Assembly (NCBI RefSeq): GCF_006345805.1
Contig: NC_042997.1
Location: forward strand, 166,346,001 to 166,410,000
DNA length: 64,000 nt
Direction: 5' to 3'
Source of the DNA: Octopus sinensis
Taxonomy: Eukaryota
Shown here: positions 51,808 through 64,000 of the stretch, piece after piece
Numbering within the stretch: the stretch's first letter is position 1
Layout of the letters: each line of letters starts with the position of its first letter
Notes under the pieces: generated by a model
What the model saw: the letters and a program-made list of their open reading frames with translations, nothing else
The model's database searches: none
Told to the model about the DNA's origin: nothing
Translations under genes and position numbers: made by a program

Positions 51808-52079
51808 ATATCCTCTTTTTATGCTATAAATGCAGTGTAATTTTTAATTGTGTTAACCATCTTCAATGTTACCATACAGTGAAATAGGTATTCTTAAATA
51901 TCATTTACTGTTTTTTACCCCTTTTGATACCAATCCGTCTGAGACTGGCTGTAGTTCTATGACACAAACTTACTGTTTTAAAGTAATCTGAATTATAATC
52001 ATCCATCAAAATTTTATGTTAATTTGTTCCAGACACCAGCTTAATAATTGAGAAAGTTATATTATAATATTCTTCAATA

Positions 52080-52482
52080 GGCATAAGAGTGGCTGTGTGG
52101 TAAGTAGCTTGCTTACGAACCACATGGTTCCGGGTTCAGTCCCACTGTGTCGCAATTTGGGCAAGTGTCTTCTACTATAGCCTCAGGCTGACCAAAGCCT
52201 TGTGAGTAGATTTGGTAGATGGAAACTGAAAGAAGCCCGTTGTATATATGTATATATATGTGTATGTATGTATTTGTGTGTCTGTGATTGTCCCCCCAAC
52301 ATCGCTTGACAACTGATACTATTGTGTTTACATCTCTGTAACTTAGCGGTTTGGCAAAGAGACCAATAGAATAAGTACCAGGCTTACAAAGAATAAGTCC
52401 CGGGGTCAATTTGCTCGACTAAAGGTGGTGCTCCAGCATGGCCACAGTCAACTGACTGAAACAAGTAAAAGAGTAAAGAGTA
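52080..52482 (+). mobile_element. tRNA-derived SINE family A, full length
   Basis: GAGTGGCTGTGTGGTAAGTAGCTTGC...GGTTCAGTCCC head, ends AAGTAAAAGAGTAAAGAGTA. Confidence 0.88.
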
Positions 52483-54729
52483 TTTCGTTTTGTGTAGAAC
52501 CAAAGAGAATATTTTAGTATTGTTAGTTTGCATGTTTAGAGTAGTAGATTGGCAGAATCTATAGAACATCAGACAAAATCCCTTGCTAGGAAGGAATTTC
52601 AACCGTGTTTCGTGGTTTGCTACCGCAACAGCTCCTTTATAGGATCTAGTTAGCTCAAGACATCATCAGGAGGAACCACGTCGAGTTTCGGCCCCTACTC
52701 CTATACCGTTTTGACGTGGCGGGGGCCCCTATTTCGGAGTTGTCTTCAGCTCTGGTGTTGGGTGCATGTCTTCTTTCTTCTGTTCCTTGACCTCTTAGTT
52801 ACATCCTTTTATATTCTAAGTTCAAATCCCAGTGAGGTCAACTTTGTCATTCATCCCTCAAGTGTCAATAAAATAAGTACCGGTCAAGCGCAGGGATTAA
52901 CAGTGAGCTGGCAGAATCATTAACATGCTAGGCAAAATGCTTAGTGGCATTTCATCCATCTTTATGTACTCTGAGTTCAAATGCCACTGGGGTCAACTTT
53001 GCCTTTCATCCTTTCAAGATCAAATAAAATAAGTATCAGTTGAACACTGGAATTAATGTATTTTACTTAGCCCTCCTCCAAAAATGCTGGCCTTGTACCA
53101 AAATTTGCAACCAATAATATCAATTATTTCTCCCTTTCTTCTCTACAAGCTTTGTGCCTGTTAGAAATTACTAATTATCTTTCTGTCTAGCGTTCTTTCT
53201 CATTGCCTTCTAATCCTTTTTACATTCAGATTATGTGTTGTTATTAGTACCACTAATATGTTAATACCTTTTATCTAGTGTTCAGCATTTGCTTCTGTCT
53301 TAAATACTGATTTAATACATCTGATGTTCTTCTGATTTTCCACATTTCTTTTTGAGACTTGTGTCTTTTTATTCCTAAATACTTATATCATAATTGTCAT
53401 TTAATGTCTGTATTCAGTGTTAGCATTGGCTGGACAGTTCAGCAGAATCCAACAAACCACAGGGCTGCATTGACTTCCAGTGTCAGTTTTGCCATTGTTT
53501 GTACAGTTGGATGCCTTTCCTAACCACTTTACAGAGTGTAGTGGATAGTGGGTACTGGCACTTGTGAGGTCACCAAGTAACTCTCAAGACTAGACCCTCT
53601 CAACTGAATGGGGGTGCAATACTGAGAGAGGTGGCTTTGTGTCAGGTGTTGGGAAGCTAAAGTATGATATAGATCCAGGAACGAGTGTCTTACTGTTGAA
53701 GAGATACATGACTACCCCTCCAGAAAAGGAGAAAGGATGGTAGGGATGAGGTATCAGGGTGTATCCTCAAGGTAGAAAAAAGTGGATAAAGAGAGAATAG
53801 AGATGACTTCCATTTTTATTTAACTTTTTATCTCTTTATAGATTTCCTCTTTTTAAGATAGTCTTTGACACATCGTTCCATATCCATTCTTGACTTTTGT
53901 ACTTTTTGTAATAAGGCCAACTCATCATCAACATATAATCAGTAATCATTTACAGAGAGCTGTTTAATGGCCAGTCATTTTGTAACAGTTATATCTGCTG
54001 ACAATTTGATCACTGAGACTGCTGTGCAGAAGTGTCTCTTCAATTCTCACCCAACCTCCACAAAACTATATAATTGTTTCTTACCAACTCTTGACTTATT
54101 TGGCAAACTGATATTTGAAGAACCTATGATAATATAATGGAATTATTATTTACAGCCATAATTTTTTTTATCAAACATTCTTATTCCAGTAATAATAAAC
54201 ACACACACTGGTTCGATCCTTTATTGTTATTGTTCAGTATTGTTCATGTTGTTGTTTCTCTTTTCTTTCTCTTTTTTTTTTTGTCAAATTATTATTTCAT
54301 CGCATTGTTGCAGTCTTTTCAGTGACGTATCGGTCTGAGATGAGTGTATGAATGTGTGTGTGTTTATACGTATGTCTGTGCATCCATGTGTGTGTGTGTG
54401 TGTGTGTGTTTTAAATATTGACTTATGTAATTTTTCATACACATAAAGTAGCGGTTTTGGTTTCCTCTTTGTTTTCTTCGCAAACCTGTTCAGCCATATG
54501 ACATTTCTCTCAAAGACAGTTAAACCGTCTTCTTTGTTTGATAAATGTTGAATAAATTGATGTCTATCTGTGCATGAGTATGAGCATGTGTGTCTGTGAG
54601 CATAGGTCTGTGACTCGGTGTGTCTTTGTGTGTATGTTTGTGCATTTGTATGTAAGTTCCAGTGTGTACATGTGTACATCTGTATGCATGTGAGCATGAG
54701 GACATGTCTCCTTGTGTGTGTGCATCCAT

Positions 54730-56460
54730 AGGTCTTTGTAAGGCCTATGCTTATTGAGAGTATTTACTACTCAAAACCAGTCGTGTTTCATTTATGAAGA
54801 CTGGCTCCCGTATCTGTCATAGTGATGAATCATCTGGGTGTCAAGACAGGATTTCTATGCTAATCCAGTTCAGTACACCACCATGTTGTTCTTTGGCTTG
54901 CTTGTAGAGCATCAAGGCTTGTATTTGATCCCTGTACTCCTTCCCAGCCAAACTTCTCGCCGTTTCACCTATGTATGCAGTCTTCCGGTTTTTACAATCA
55001 CCATCCATGCAGTTTATTCAGTAAACTACATTTCTAGTTTTGCAATTGACACCAGGATTATATTTGCACACTACACAGTTCTCCTCTTTCTGAAAAGGTA
55101 TGTTTTGCATATTATTGACCTGATGGATCTCCCTGGTTTTTCCATGAATTTTGTGTTCAACTTAGTATCCTTCAGGATTTTGCTAAACTTATGGGCTAGT
55201 TCCCTGTGTGGTGTGGCTTCTACAAACATCACGCCTTGGATATTGTCAGCATTGTACCATGTGTTCTTTTTGTTCGTTTTATCATAAATTCTTTGTATTT
55301 TATTCCACTGCTTACTACGGTACCTAGGTTGTGTTCCATCGACATCCTTATTTACAATCTCTTCATTTTCTTGCTTGCCCCTTGTACACTTGGATACTAT
55401 CTTTCTGGTTGTATCCCAAAAATTGCATGAAATGCATGAAGTCTTGTGTGTGTTTCTGTTTCTCCCAGGGTTTTCACAGAGGGGATATGTTTTTCATTAT
55501 TCTGACTAAGTCAGCTATTAATATATTAATTTTCACATTGTGTGATAGAGCCAAAGTCTTGTGGATTACATACTTCAAGGACATGGGTTTCATATGGTGT
55601 GAGTGGAGAATTTGAACTTTGTTATTAATAGTTTCTAGCCAAAACTCTGCATCGAGGACTGGAAGTCTTTTGTTTGGGTGCCTTGTTGGGTAATGTATAG
55701 TTACCCTGATGCTTTGGTGTATGGAATTAGCTAATCGCTGGATGCTTTCCATCATGATCCTCTTGTTTTCTTCAGTCTGACTGTTCAATGATATCTTGAC
55801 TATGATGTTGATGTCATCCACATATTTCCCATACATTCTGATTGCTACTGAGCATTCCTCAAGAGTTTTCTGTTCCACCAGGTCATGAATAGGCCCGCCA
55901 CATCCCCAGTCACACTGACACCAATGGCTTCCCACTGGGCTTATATATATAGCTTCTCATTGAATTTAACTATATGGTTCTGTAGGATGGTCTTTAGACT
56001 TGCACCCACTGCATGTGCAATCATTTTCCGTGTCTGGACGTTATCCCCTGGGTTGCGAGTGGATGCATTCCATCCACTCCAGCTCTCTGCAGTTTTTCGT
56101 AGCTGCTGATATGATTGTGGGTGGTCTACCTCATTCCAACCTGGTGGGGCAGAATCTACTTAGGTCATGATGATACAAGTATTCTCTATCGTAAACGAGC
56201 TTCAGGAGAAGGCCCGGTTCCCTCATGTTCACCTCGCTGAAGTCTACTTTGCTCTCAGAAATAATTTCTACAGCAAAGTCAATGTCAAAAGATGGATAGA
56301 GTGATACCACATCCATACTACCTACTACACAATCTGTCAGGTTGTGAGAATGGTTACATTCATTAACCCTGCTGAGGAGGTCTTCTGTACTTTCACAAAC
56401 ACCAGGAGACTTCTCAGTAAGTGGTTTAACACTTGCAAGAGGAAGTATGATAGCCTATAA
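54730..56460 (-). mobile_element. Decayed Penelope-like retroelement (RT plus GIY-YIG endonuclease)
   Basis: Minus-strand peptides VVGSMDVVSLYPS, YGKYVDD, RLPVLD, then CVVC...CKTRNVVY*INC....C.....YIGETARSL; stops and frameshifts. Confidence 0.88.
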
Positions 56461-56670
56461 TTGCTGGCAATATTGGCACTACAAAGTACCTATAGTTGAA
56501 GGGTTTGAAATTTTAAAGACTGTATCCTAATTTTCTTTGTTTTATTTTTTTTCCAAGTGAAGTGAAAGATAAGTGACTTCATGAAAAATATGTTTCAGTT
56601 CAGATTCCTTGCAAGCTTTTAAAGTATTTCTGGGATTTTGTTATTATTGATGTTATAAAATATATATTGG

Positions 56671-56884
56671 CCATTGCCAGTACCGCCAGACTGGCCCTTG
56701 CACTGGTGGCACGTAAAAACACCCACTACACTCTCAAAGTGGTTGGCATTAGGAAGGGCATCCAGCTTTAGAAACTCTGCCAGATCAGATTGGAGCTTGG
56801 TGCAGCCTTCTGGTTCGCCAGTCCTCAGTCAAATCGTCCAACCCATGCTAGCATGGAAAGCGGACGTTAAATGATGATGATGAT
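56671..56884 (+). mobile_element. RTE tail fragment
   Basis: Matches the RTE terminus with (GAT)n. Confidence 0.88.
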
Positions 56885-56912
56885 ATTAGTAACAAAGGCA
56901 GTACTGAGAGGT

Positions 56913-57124
56913 AATATTTATTCCCACTTAAACATGGATGTTCTATTGGAACAAACTTTACTGCAGTAGATATTGGCTTTTGGTGCAAAATGCACACTTG
57001 TTTGTTGGTGGAAATTTATTTCCCCACTAGCAATATAAGCAAGAGTGCATTTTTGCTCTGAAAGCTTCACTCATAGTAAAGTTTGTTCTAACAGAACATC
57101 TACATTTAAATAGAAATACATATT
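56913..57124. repeat. About 210-bp imperfect foldback palindrome (old MITE-like)
   Basis: TTAAACATGGATGTTCTATTGGAACAAACTTTACT pairs with AGTAAAGTTTGTTCTAACAGAACATCTACATTTAA; inner arms GCAAAATGCACACTTG / CAAGAGTGCATTTTTGC. Confidence 0.8.
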
Positions 57125-57663
57125 ATTGATGTTGTTTGGAGACTGTGACATAGCGGTATTTAGTCTCACTCTGCTTTGGATAACTTTGCCTTGTTATATC
57201 TTTGGAATATTTGGAATATATAAGAAACTGTACTTCAGATTTAAAACTTTGCACTAATGTGGTTACTATTCATATATAATTTTTATCTTTAGCAATTTCC
57301 AGAATGTTAAACTACCCAGGAGCCAGAACCATTATTTATTCCTTCTTGAAGCAATTATGATCAGCTCCTTATTATTCCAATTATGTTCATTAAAAATGCA
57401 ATCAGAAAATTATCATCTTTTGGGTTTGTAATCCATTATATAACTATTTACCAGAAATTGCTTGTGCTGTTCTTAGACTTATTTTCAGTTTTTCATTTTG
57501 AGTATTCTCTAGTGTGAATACTTGAAAAATATTAGAATTTATTTCATAATGATTTATTTCAAATATTAATTTGTCCCTAATTATAATTTTTTTAGTTCTC
57601 ATTTTTATTGCCCATCTAAAATTTTCAAGTTTCTTTATTAAAACATTCCTTAACTCTGCTCAC

Positions 57664-57865
57664 TTATCAAATTGGAGAAGTATTTTTACAGTTGAGTATT
57701 GATGCTGCCAATTCCAAATTAGAGGAAGACAAGAAAAAAGCTGAGACAACCATTACCAACCTTGAACAAGAATGTGAAACCCATAAAGCTGTTCTCTCAG
57801 ACCTGAAGGTGCAATTGTATGCCAAGTTTGGAAACAATATCAATTTAGAAGCTGAGGAAGAATAG
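57664..57865 (+). CDS. PFDN4: Prefoldin subunit 4 exon 4: YQIGEVFLQLSIDAANSKLEEDKKKAETTITNLEQECETHKAVLSDLKVQLYAKFGNNINLEAEEE*; full protein 133 aa
   Basis: Diagnostic C-terminus DLKVQLYAKFG.NINLEA; stop TAG 57863-57865; exon lengths 24+105+71+202 = 402 nt. Confidence 0.96.
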
Positions 57866-57944
57866 TATTAAACTTAATAATTTAATTGTCTTATGTATTT
57901 GAAATATATTTCTGAACTTTTTGTCTTTATTTTGTACATTAAAA

Positions 57945-57958
57945 AATAAATGAATAAA
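57945..57958 (+). terminator. PFDN4: Tandem AATAAA polyadenylation signals of PFDN4
   Basis: AATAAA at 57945 and 57953, about 80 nt after the stop, preceded by TGTA and followed by a T-rich tract. Confidence 0.7.
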
Positions 57959-59169
57959 ATTATTATTTAAATTTCCTGCTTTTCTTTTATCCATGAAGTT
58001 ATTTTAAACACACTCAGAACTTTAGCTGATGCACTGAAATTGTTCTCCATCAAACTAGAAATTATATTTTCTGATGTAAACTTTGATACACAGATAAGTT
58101 TCTACATACATTTAAGATTTTTCACTATAGATAAATGAAACATCTACAACAGGCCCTATAGAGATTGGAACTTACTGGGCTCCTTATGTAACATATAAGA
58201 AATTTATAAGAATTGTAGTCCATACAAAATGAGAAGGAAAGATGTTCATTATGTATTAATGATGGATTCCTAGTTAAAAGTAGAAAATATTCATATAAAC
58301 TTGTATTTGAAATTTCACTTTATAAAAACAAACTAACAAAGAAAACCACCACATGGTTGTTTGTCTACAAGCAATAGAAAATAAATTTTCCTCAAATCAT
58401 ACCCTATCACATTGAAATAGGAAAGATAATTGATTGGATAATGCAACAACCCTATTATATATTCAAATATAATATTTAAAAATACAATGGAATAGTTATG
58501 GGGCTAAAGCACTTGTTTTGTATAATTCCAGCCTTAATCAGGTAAGGATGTGCTAAGTCATATGCCTCAAGAGATCCTGTTGGGTGAAATTAGTTTGATA
58601 GTGTGATTTATGTTTAAATTGTAAGTTAATTTTTTATAGTGAAATATGGATGGATAAGAATTTGAGTAGAATGCTCTTCAGTGGGTAAAAGACCTAGCAA
58701 AATGAATTTAAGTATCAACTGCACAAAACAATTACAGAAATGCTTAAGTTGTCAAGAAGGAGACAGCACATTGATACAAAAATTACTATATTTTTTTGAA
58801 GAAGCATTTGCTTAATCTTGGGATCAGATTTGAACTGAAAACAATAAATATCTAGTCCGTTGATATACATAAGATACAAAGAAATCATTATTGAAACTTG
58901 AGAAACCAATTTTAGTGATTTGACATGATGCCCAGATTTTGAAATCAAAGAGAAGCTACAAGGGCTTGTGTTGTAAATATTTGTGTATGTCTACGATAGC
59001 CAATCATGAGAGGAAGCACATAATTATACTAATTGGAACAATTGTACCATAATCTCCCTTGAAAACACGTTCATCATTTCCACATAACCTATGGTGGCAT
59101 TGCTGTTTCCAAGGTTTATTTTCGTTTCCCTTATTAGTAATTTTACTCACATAGCTATCTTAAAATTAG

Positions 59170-59650
59170 CTGCTTGGCAGAGGATGACATGACAAGCCTT
59201 GACTATCGGGATCAACTCTAAAAGCTCAGGCTTTGCTCCCTCCACCGCCACTGTGAACTCTATATCATCTGTATGATGTGGAAAATATTCCATCAACATT
59301 GCCCATCTTTAAAATTTGTCCGAGGCTTGAACCTCGTGCCATCCGTCCACTACAGAAATGTTCGTGTTGTATCACAACACTATGACAGAACTATTTCACC
59401 TCAGTTGTCCCTGCTCTCTTCAACATCGTGCCAGGCACACATAAAGGAGGAAAGTGACTTCATGGCATTCAAACGATCCCTAGATGATTACCCCCAACAA
59501 ATACCAGACAAACCACCCACACCCAATATGTCTCTGAAAACAATAACCTTCTGCTTGAATGGGCTACGGTTCCCCTGAGTTGACTGTGTATCTCTTCCAG
59601 GTGGTGCTATTAAATTAGACATGGCCTGAGTCAACTTCGGCTGAAACTTA
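59170..59650 (+). mobile_element. Decayed CR1/L2-group LINE 3' end
   Basis: LDYRDQL*KLRLCSLHRHCELYIICMMWKI...FKRSLDDY.QQIPDKP resembles CR1-group ORF2 C-termini. Confidence 0.65.
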
Positions 59651-60546
59651 TCTAAGTAATCTAATCTATGCTGTAACTTTTTAATCAAAGTATGACAACA
59701 TGGGTAGAGGCTGAATATCTTAACATTTCTGATGGTCTTAAATATAAAAAAAATTATTAAAGATTTATATAGAACTACATTCAGAGTATGTCTATAAGCT
59801 ATTGTGTTTAGACCTGGTTTCTATCCTCAAACTTCCTTTTTGTAGATGCAATTTTTTTTTTTTATAAAGCACTCTGAAAAATCAAAAATCTACAACAATC
59901 TTGGTCTCATAAATATCGGATAATGGATTTTCAACTGTGTAAAGACACTGATTGTGGTGAAAGCAGAGACAATGTTGACAATGATGATGGTTAAGACAAG
60001 TATGGGAAGAGGTTATGTTTTTGCCAGCATAAGTTTAGGAAATTGGGCAGTTTTCAGCATGTGTGTATATGGGTGGAAATAAGCTGCTTGTTGGAGGTCT
60101 GTGCTCTCCGAGTGCTTTTCTAGTTTTTCACTGTAGCTTTCATAGTGAGACAGATTTGGTCCTCAAATACAGAGAGTTTACAAAAGCTAGAATGGAAATG
60201 AAGCAAGCATTCACTGATGGGTGTGTAATGTTGATGTGCATGGATGAGACACATATCTCGAAGGACAAATTGTACACAAGATGGATGAGATGTAGTTTGC
60301 AAGAAAGAAGACTGCATAGGTGCAGGCATGTAGTGCATATGGAAGACCATTTATATAAAGAAGTGGCTAGAACCTGTGGAAAGGGAAACCTAGAACGACA
60401 TTGGATGAAGTGTCAAGATGCTGAGCTTCAGAAGATGACAAAGGACTGTCACAAATAGTACTAGAGAAAACTCATTCACCCATAAGAATAACAACATTGA
60501 TTTTAAAATGGTAGGATCTGATTATCATCATCAGCAGCAGCAGTAA

Positions 60547-60897
60547 GTGGAGGCGCAATGGCCCAATGGTTAGGGCAGCAGACTCGCGGTCGGAGGATCG
60601 CGGTTTCGATTCTCAGACCGGGCTTTGTGTGTATTTATTGAGCGAAAACACCTAAAGCTCCACGAGGCTCTGGCAGGGGATGGTGGTGACCCCTGTTGTA
60701 CTCTTTCGCCCCAACTTTCTCTCACTCTTTCTTCCTGTTTCTTGTCCCCGACTTCCTATGCAACTGCTGAGCCTGTATGCGCATTCATCCATCTGTTGAT
60801 ACTCTCGGTGTCGGGGGTTGACCTGCTTTCTCTTCTGCGGGTCTTACGAATAGCAAAGGACCATGTTTCGGACTTCTCCCATCTTGCGAGCTCTAGA
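60547..60897 (+). mobile_element. tRNA-derived SINE family C
   Basis: GTGGAGGCGCAATGGCCCAATGGTTAGGG...GGTTTCGATTCTC tRNA-like head with non-tRNA body. Confidence 0.8.
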
Positions 60898-61547
60898 ACG
60901 AAGACCATTCGCTCAACAGCAATAGCAGTTAACATCCAATTTCTATGCTGGCATGAGTTGGACAAGCCATCACAATCTGAGCCATTTCTTACTGGGAGCT
61001 ACTGCTCTTATAGACTGGTGCTCCTATGTATCTTTGTGACTTGGTTTCTACAGGTAGATACCTGTCCTATTTTACAGTATGTACTGGGTATATGTTCTTG
61101 TGGAACCAGCCCTCAAGAGGACAATAGGTCTACAGTGACATAGGACTAGAGGGACCTCACAAGTCTATGCCTTCTCCACTTTACAGTTTGTATTGGATGT
61201 ATTTTTCATACATCAGCACTAGGGTAGTTGTCAAGTCATCAGTGAGACAGGATTTTTGAACATCTCTGATCACTCACAAATCACTCAAAAGGGTGTGCAG
61301 GTGATGGTCTTGAGCTGACTGTCTGTCATGGTAACAGTATATGAGAAATGAAGTATGTGTCTTGGACACTAAGTGTAGAGAGTACTAAAATAACCTTAGA
61401 TGTGCTCTAAGAGTTGAGTAATGTGATCAAGGAGGATAACATGGAAGGTTAGAATGTGTGAATGAAAAGAGTAAGAGTGGGATAGTAGAAACAGTGTTAT
61501 TAGGGGAGGTGGGAGATGAGTGATGGGCAGAGGCAAGTTTGTATAGT

Positions 61548-61873
61548 ATTGGGTAGGCCAAAAGTCACACACAAAATACGATCAATACACTCCAGAAATG
61601 TCAAAGATATGCTTCAATTTTCCTAAAATTGAATAAAATAATGAAGAATACACATGTACTTGTGCATGATGATCAAAATGAATAATAATAATAAAGGTAG
61701 TAATAATAATCTTTTCTACTCTTGAAATTTTGAGCGCAATCGATTAGATTGACCTCAGTACGCAACTGGTACTTAATTTATTGACTCTGAAAGGACAAAA
61801 CGCAAAATCGACCTTGGTGGAATTTGAACTCAGACGAAATACTGCTAACGTTTCTGCCAGCTTGCCACCTTAA

Positions 61874-61915
<42 letters not shown>

Positions 61916-61940
61916 TAATAATAATAGGTATGTCAAATGT
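61548..61940. mobile_element. Decayed copy of the Tc1-type MITE seen at 50649, also with a nested family B SINE
   Basis: GGGTAGGCCAAAAGTCACACACAA...CAATACACTC..GAA.TGTCAAA colinear with 50649-50780; right TIR not recognisable. Confidence 0.65.
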
Positions 61941-62207
61941 ATTGAGAAGAGTATTGTTGCTGTGTATTTTCTTTCCTTTTTTCCACTTCATTTTTTTCTT
62001 CTTTTTTCATTTTTTCCTATTTTTTAATTTTTTCTTTTTTCCTATTCTTTTCTTTCTCTATTTCTTTCCCTTTTTTTCTACCACATGACTTTGTAAATGA
62101 ACAATCTAGCATGTTTATTTTAATGGCTTACCAATGTATACAGTGAGTTTCTTTGCCCAGGTGTTGGGAAGACACTTGGCAAGAAATGGAAACAAAATTG
62201 AAAGAGG

Positions 62208-62650
62208 ATAATAATAATAATAATAATAATAATAATCCTTTCTACTATAGGCATGAGGCCTGAAATTTTGCGGGGAGGGGAGAGTCAATTTCATCAACAC
62301 CAGTGTTTCACTGGTACTTAATTTATCTACACAAAATGGATGAAGGGCAAAGTCGACCTCGGTGGAATTTGAACTCAGAACAAAGCAGCAAATAAAATAC
62401 CACTAAGCATTTCACTTGGCATTCAAGCAACTCGCCATCTTAATAATAATAACAATGTTTTCAAATTTGGCCACGAGAGCAGCTATTTTGAGGGAGGGAA
62501 TAAGTCAATTATATCAACCCCCAGTATTTCACTGGTACTTAATTTATTGACCCCAAAAAGATGAAAGGCAAAGTCGACCTCGGTGGAATTTGAACTCAGA
62601 ACATAGCAGCAGACAAAATACCACTAAGCATTTCGCCCAGCATGCTAACA
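62208..62650 (-). mobile_element. Two tandem family B SINEs in (AAT)n
   Basis: Two GGCAAAGTCGACCTCGGTGGAATTTGAACTCAGAAC cores separated by AAT repeats. Confidence 0.85.
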
Positions 62651-63479
62651 AATCATACAGTGTTTTTCTATTTTTTAAACATCAGGCAGTTCTAGAAAGC
62701 TTTTATAGGTCCTCTAAGACCATTGATAATGAATGGTTAATGTCCCAATTGCAAAAGGATCACTTGAAGAGAAGAGATTCCAGAGAGCCAATGTTCTGGG
62801 AAGTAATAAATATGGACAGGTGTATGTAATATGAATGTTATAAGGTAGAGAAAGAAGTGAATCAAGAAGGCCTGAGTACAGATGTCACAAACCCAGTCAG
62901 CTCTAAGGAGCAGAGCCTACTCTGAAGAGGCATAGAGAAAAGATAGCACATATGAACCCAGAGGTCAGAGTGTGTTGGTGAACAACTTCCTTCCAATTAA
63001 TCAGGTAACCTTTCTTTGGATACAGTCTAAAGTGTCTGTATCTATAGCTCCATTGTGAGTCTCATCTGATATTTTACAAGGGTTAGTAATTGCTGTGCAA
63101 CTATTATTTTCTCACCTTGAAGAGAAGGCTACTCTTTGTGATGCAATCTTTGCATAATGTTGAGGACAGACATTTGCCAGGTCTTTCATGGAACAATGGT
63201 TTTTCTCTGACAGCAGTTTTACATCTTCCAGATGCTTTTAGCTAGGCCAAAATAATGTCTTCACCACTTGACCCTTTCTAACCTGTGGCTTTGTGGAGTA
63301 ATTTATTAAGTGCTTGAAAAATGCTAAGAGAATAAGCCCATACAGAAAATTTGGAGGGAGAGACCCTAAAGCAGATATGTACAATTATATTTAGCCAATA
63401 TCTGGCATTCTCTGCAAACATATAAGGAAAATAACAATTATGGATAAGGGACTGCAGACTCCAAACCTTGTCACAGGCA

Positions 63480-64000
63480 GTCTTTCTCTCACAGAGAAAA
63501 ACTTTTCATTCTTTTGGAAAGGCGCTATTGCTGATCAACATCATCTCTGTTGAGTTGGCTCTGCAATACACAATAAGTACATTAAGTCAGTCAGCACATC
63601 AACAGGCATCTCATAACAAATTATATCCCTCTGCCTCCGCACAACAAAAGATGAGTCAACCTCATCAATGTGTATGTCCCTACACTGTGCATCATCAGAA
63701 GGAAAAAACAAGTTCTACAATTATCTTGGAGAAACGGTTCATGTCATAAGAAGAGAAAAACCTCTCTACATATCAGATGATTTCAATGCACATGTAGGAA
63801 AAGATCATCACTCCTGGCCACACATTTCAGTCATTACAAGCTTGGGAAATGAATGAGGATAGTCAGACACTTCTGGAGTTTTGCACCATGAATGGTCTTT
63901 CCATCAGTCACTTTCTTTACTTTAAAAGATCAACATAAGGTGTCATGACATCATCTCAGATTTTGTATTAACACACTGGAAGGACATCAATTGTTCCAAA
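63480..64000 (+). mobile_element. Decayed APE endonuclease region of an RTE-like LINE
   Basis: Fragments NVYVPT, EGKNKFY, DDFNAHVG, MNEDSQTLLEFCTMNGLSI, QHKVS. Confidence 0.65.

Larger units (their letters stand above)
51808..57663 (+). other. PFDN4: U12-type (minor spliceosome) AT-AC intron of PFDN4
   Basis: 5' site ATATCCTCTT, branch site TTCCTTAAC at 57646-57654, 3' site CAC ending 57663; splicing restores the conserved IPYQIG. Confidence 0.93.

Noticed and set aside
60547-60625. tRNA-like sequence with A and B boxes (also 23816, 33110-33187, 52080)
   Set aside because: No proper acceptor stem; it continues into a repeated SINE body, so these are SINE heads, not tRNA genes

Overview
AT-rich, repeat-dense animal genomic DNA. 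The SINE/RTE repeat set and microsatellites suggest an octopod cephalopod (inference). I assembled two divergently transcribed spliced genes that the ORF track misses. On the minus strand are the first five coding exons of TMX3 (ER thioredoxin/PDI family, WCGHC), which runs off the left edge. On the plus strand is a complete 4-exon prefoldin subunit 4 gene (PFDN4, 133 aa). Their start codons are only 217 bp apart. PFDN4 intron 3 is a 5.9-kb minor-spliceosome (U12) AT-AC intron. The introns are packed with mobile DNA: two young RTE LINE copies (the one at the left edge has a PHD-like finger inside its RT), many RTE tails, tRNA-derived SINEs, mariner relics, Merlin-like and Tc1-like MITEs, and decayed Penelope-like, R4/Dong-like and CR1-like elements. 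Most unusual are several minimal type I hammerhead ribozyme motifs of the Penelope/retrozyme type in TMX3 introns, two local template-switch scars, and several long inverted repeats able to form intronic dsRNA. All calls were made by eye; repeat boundaries are approximate unless termini are quoted.
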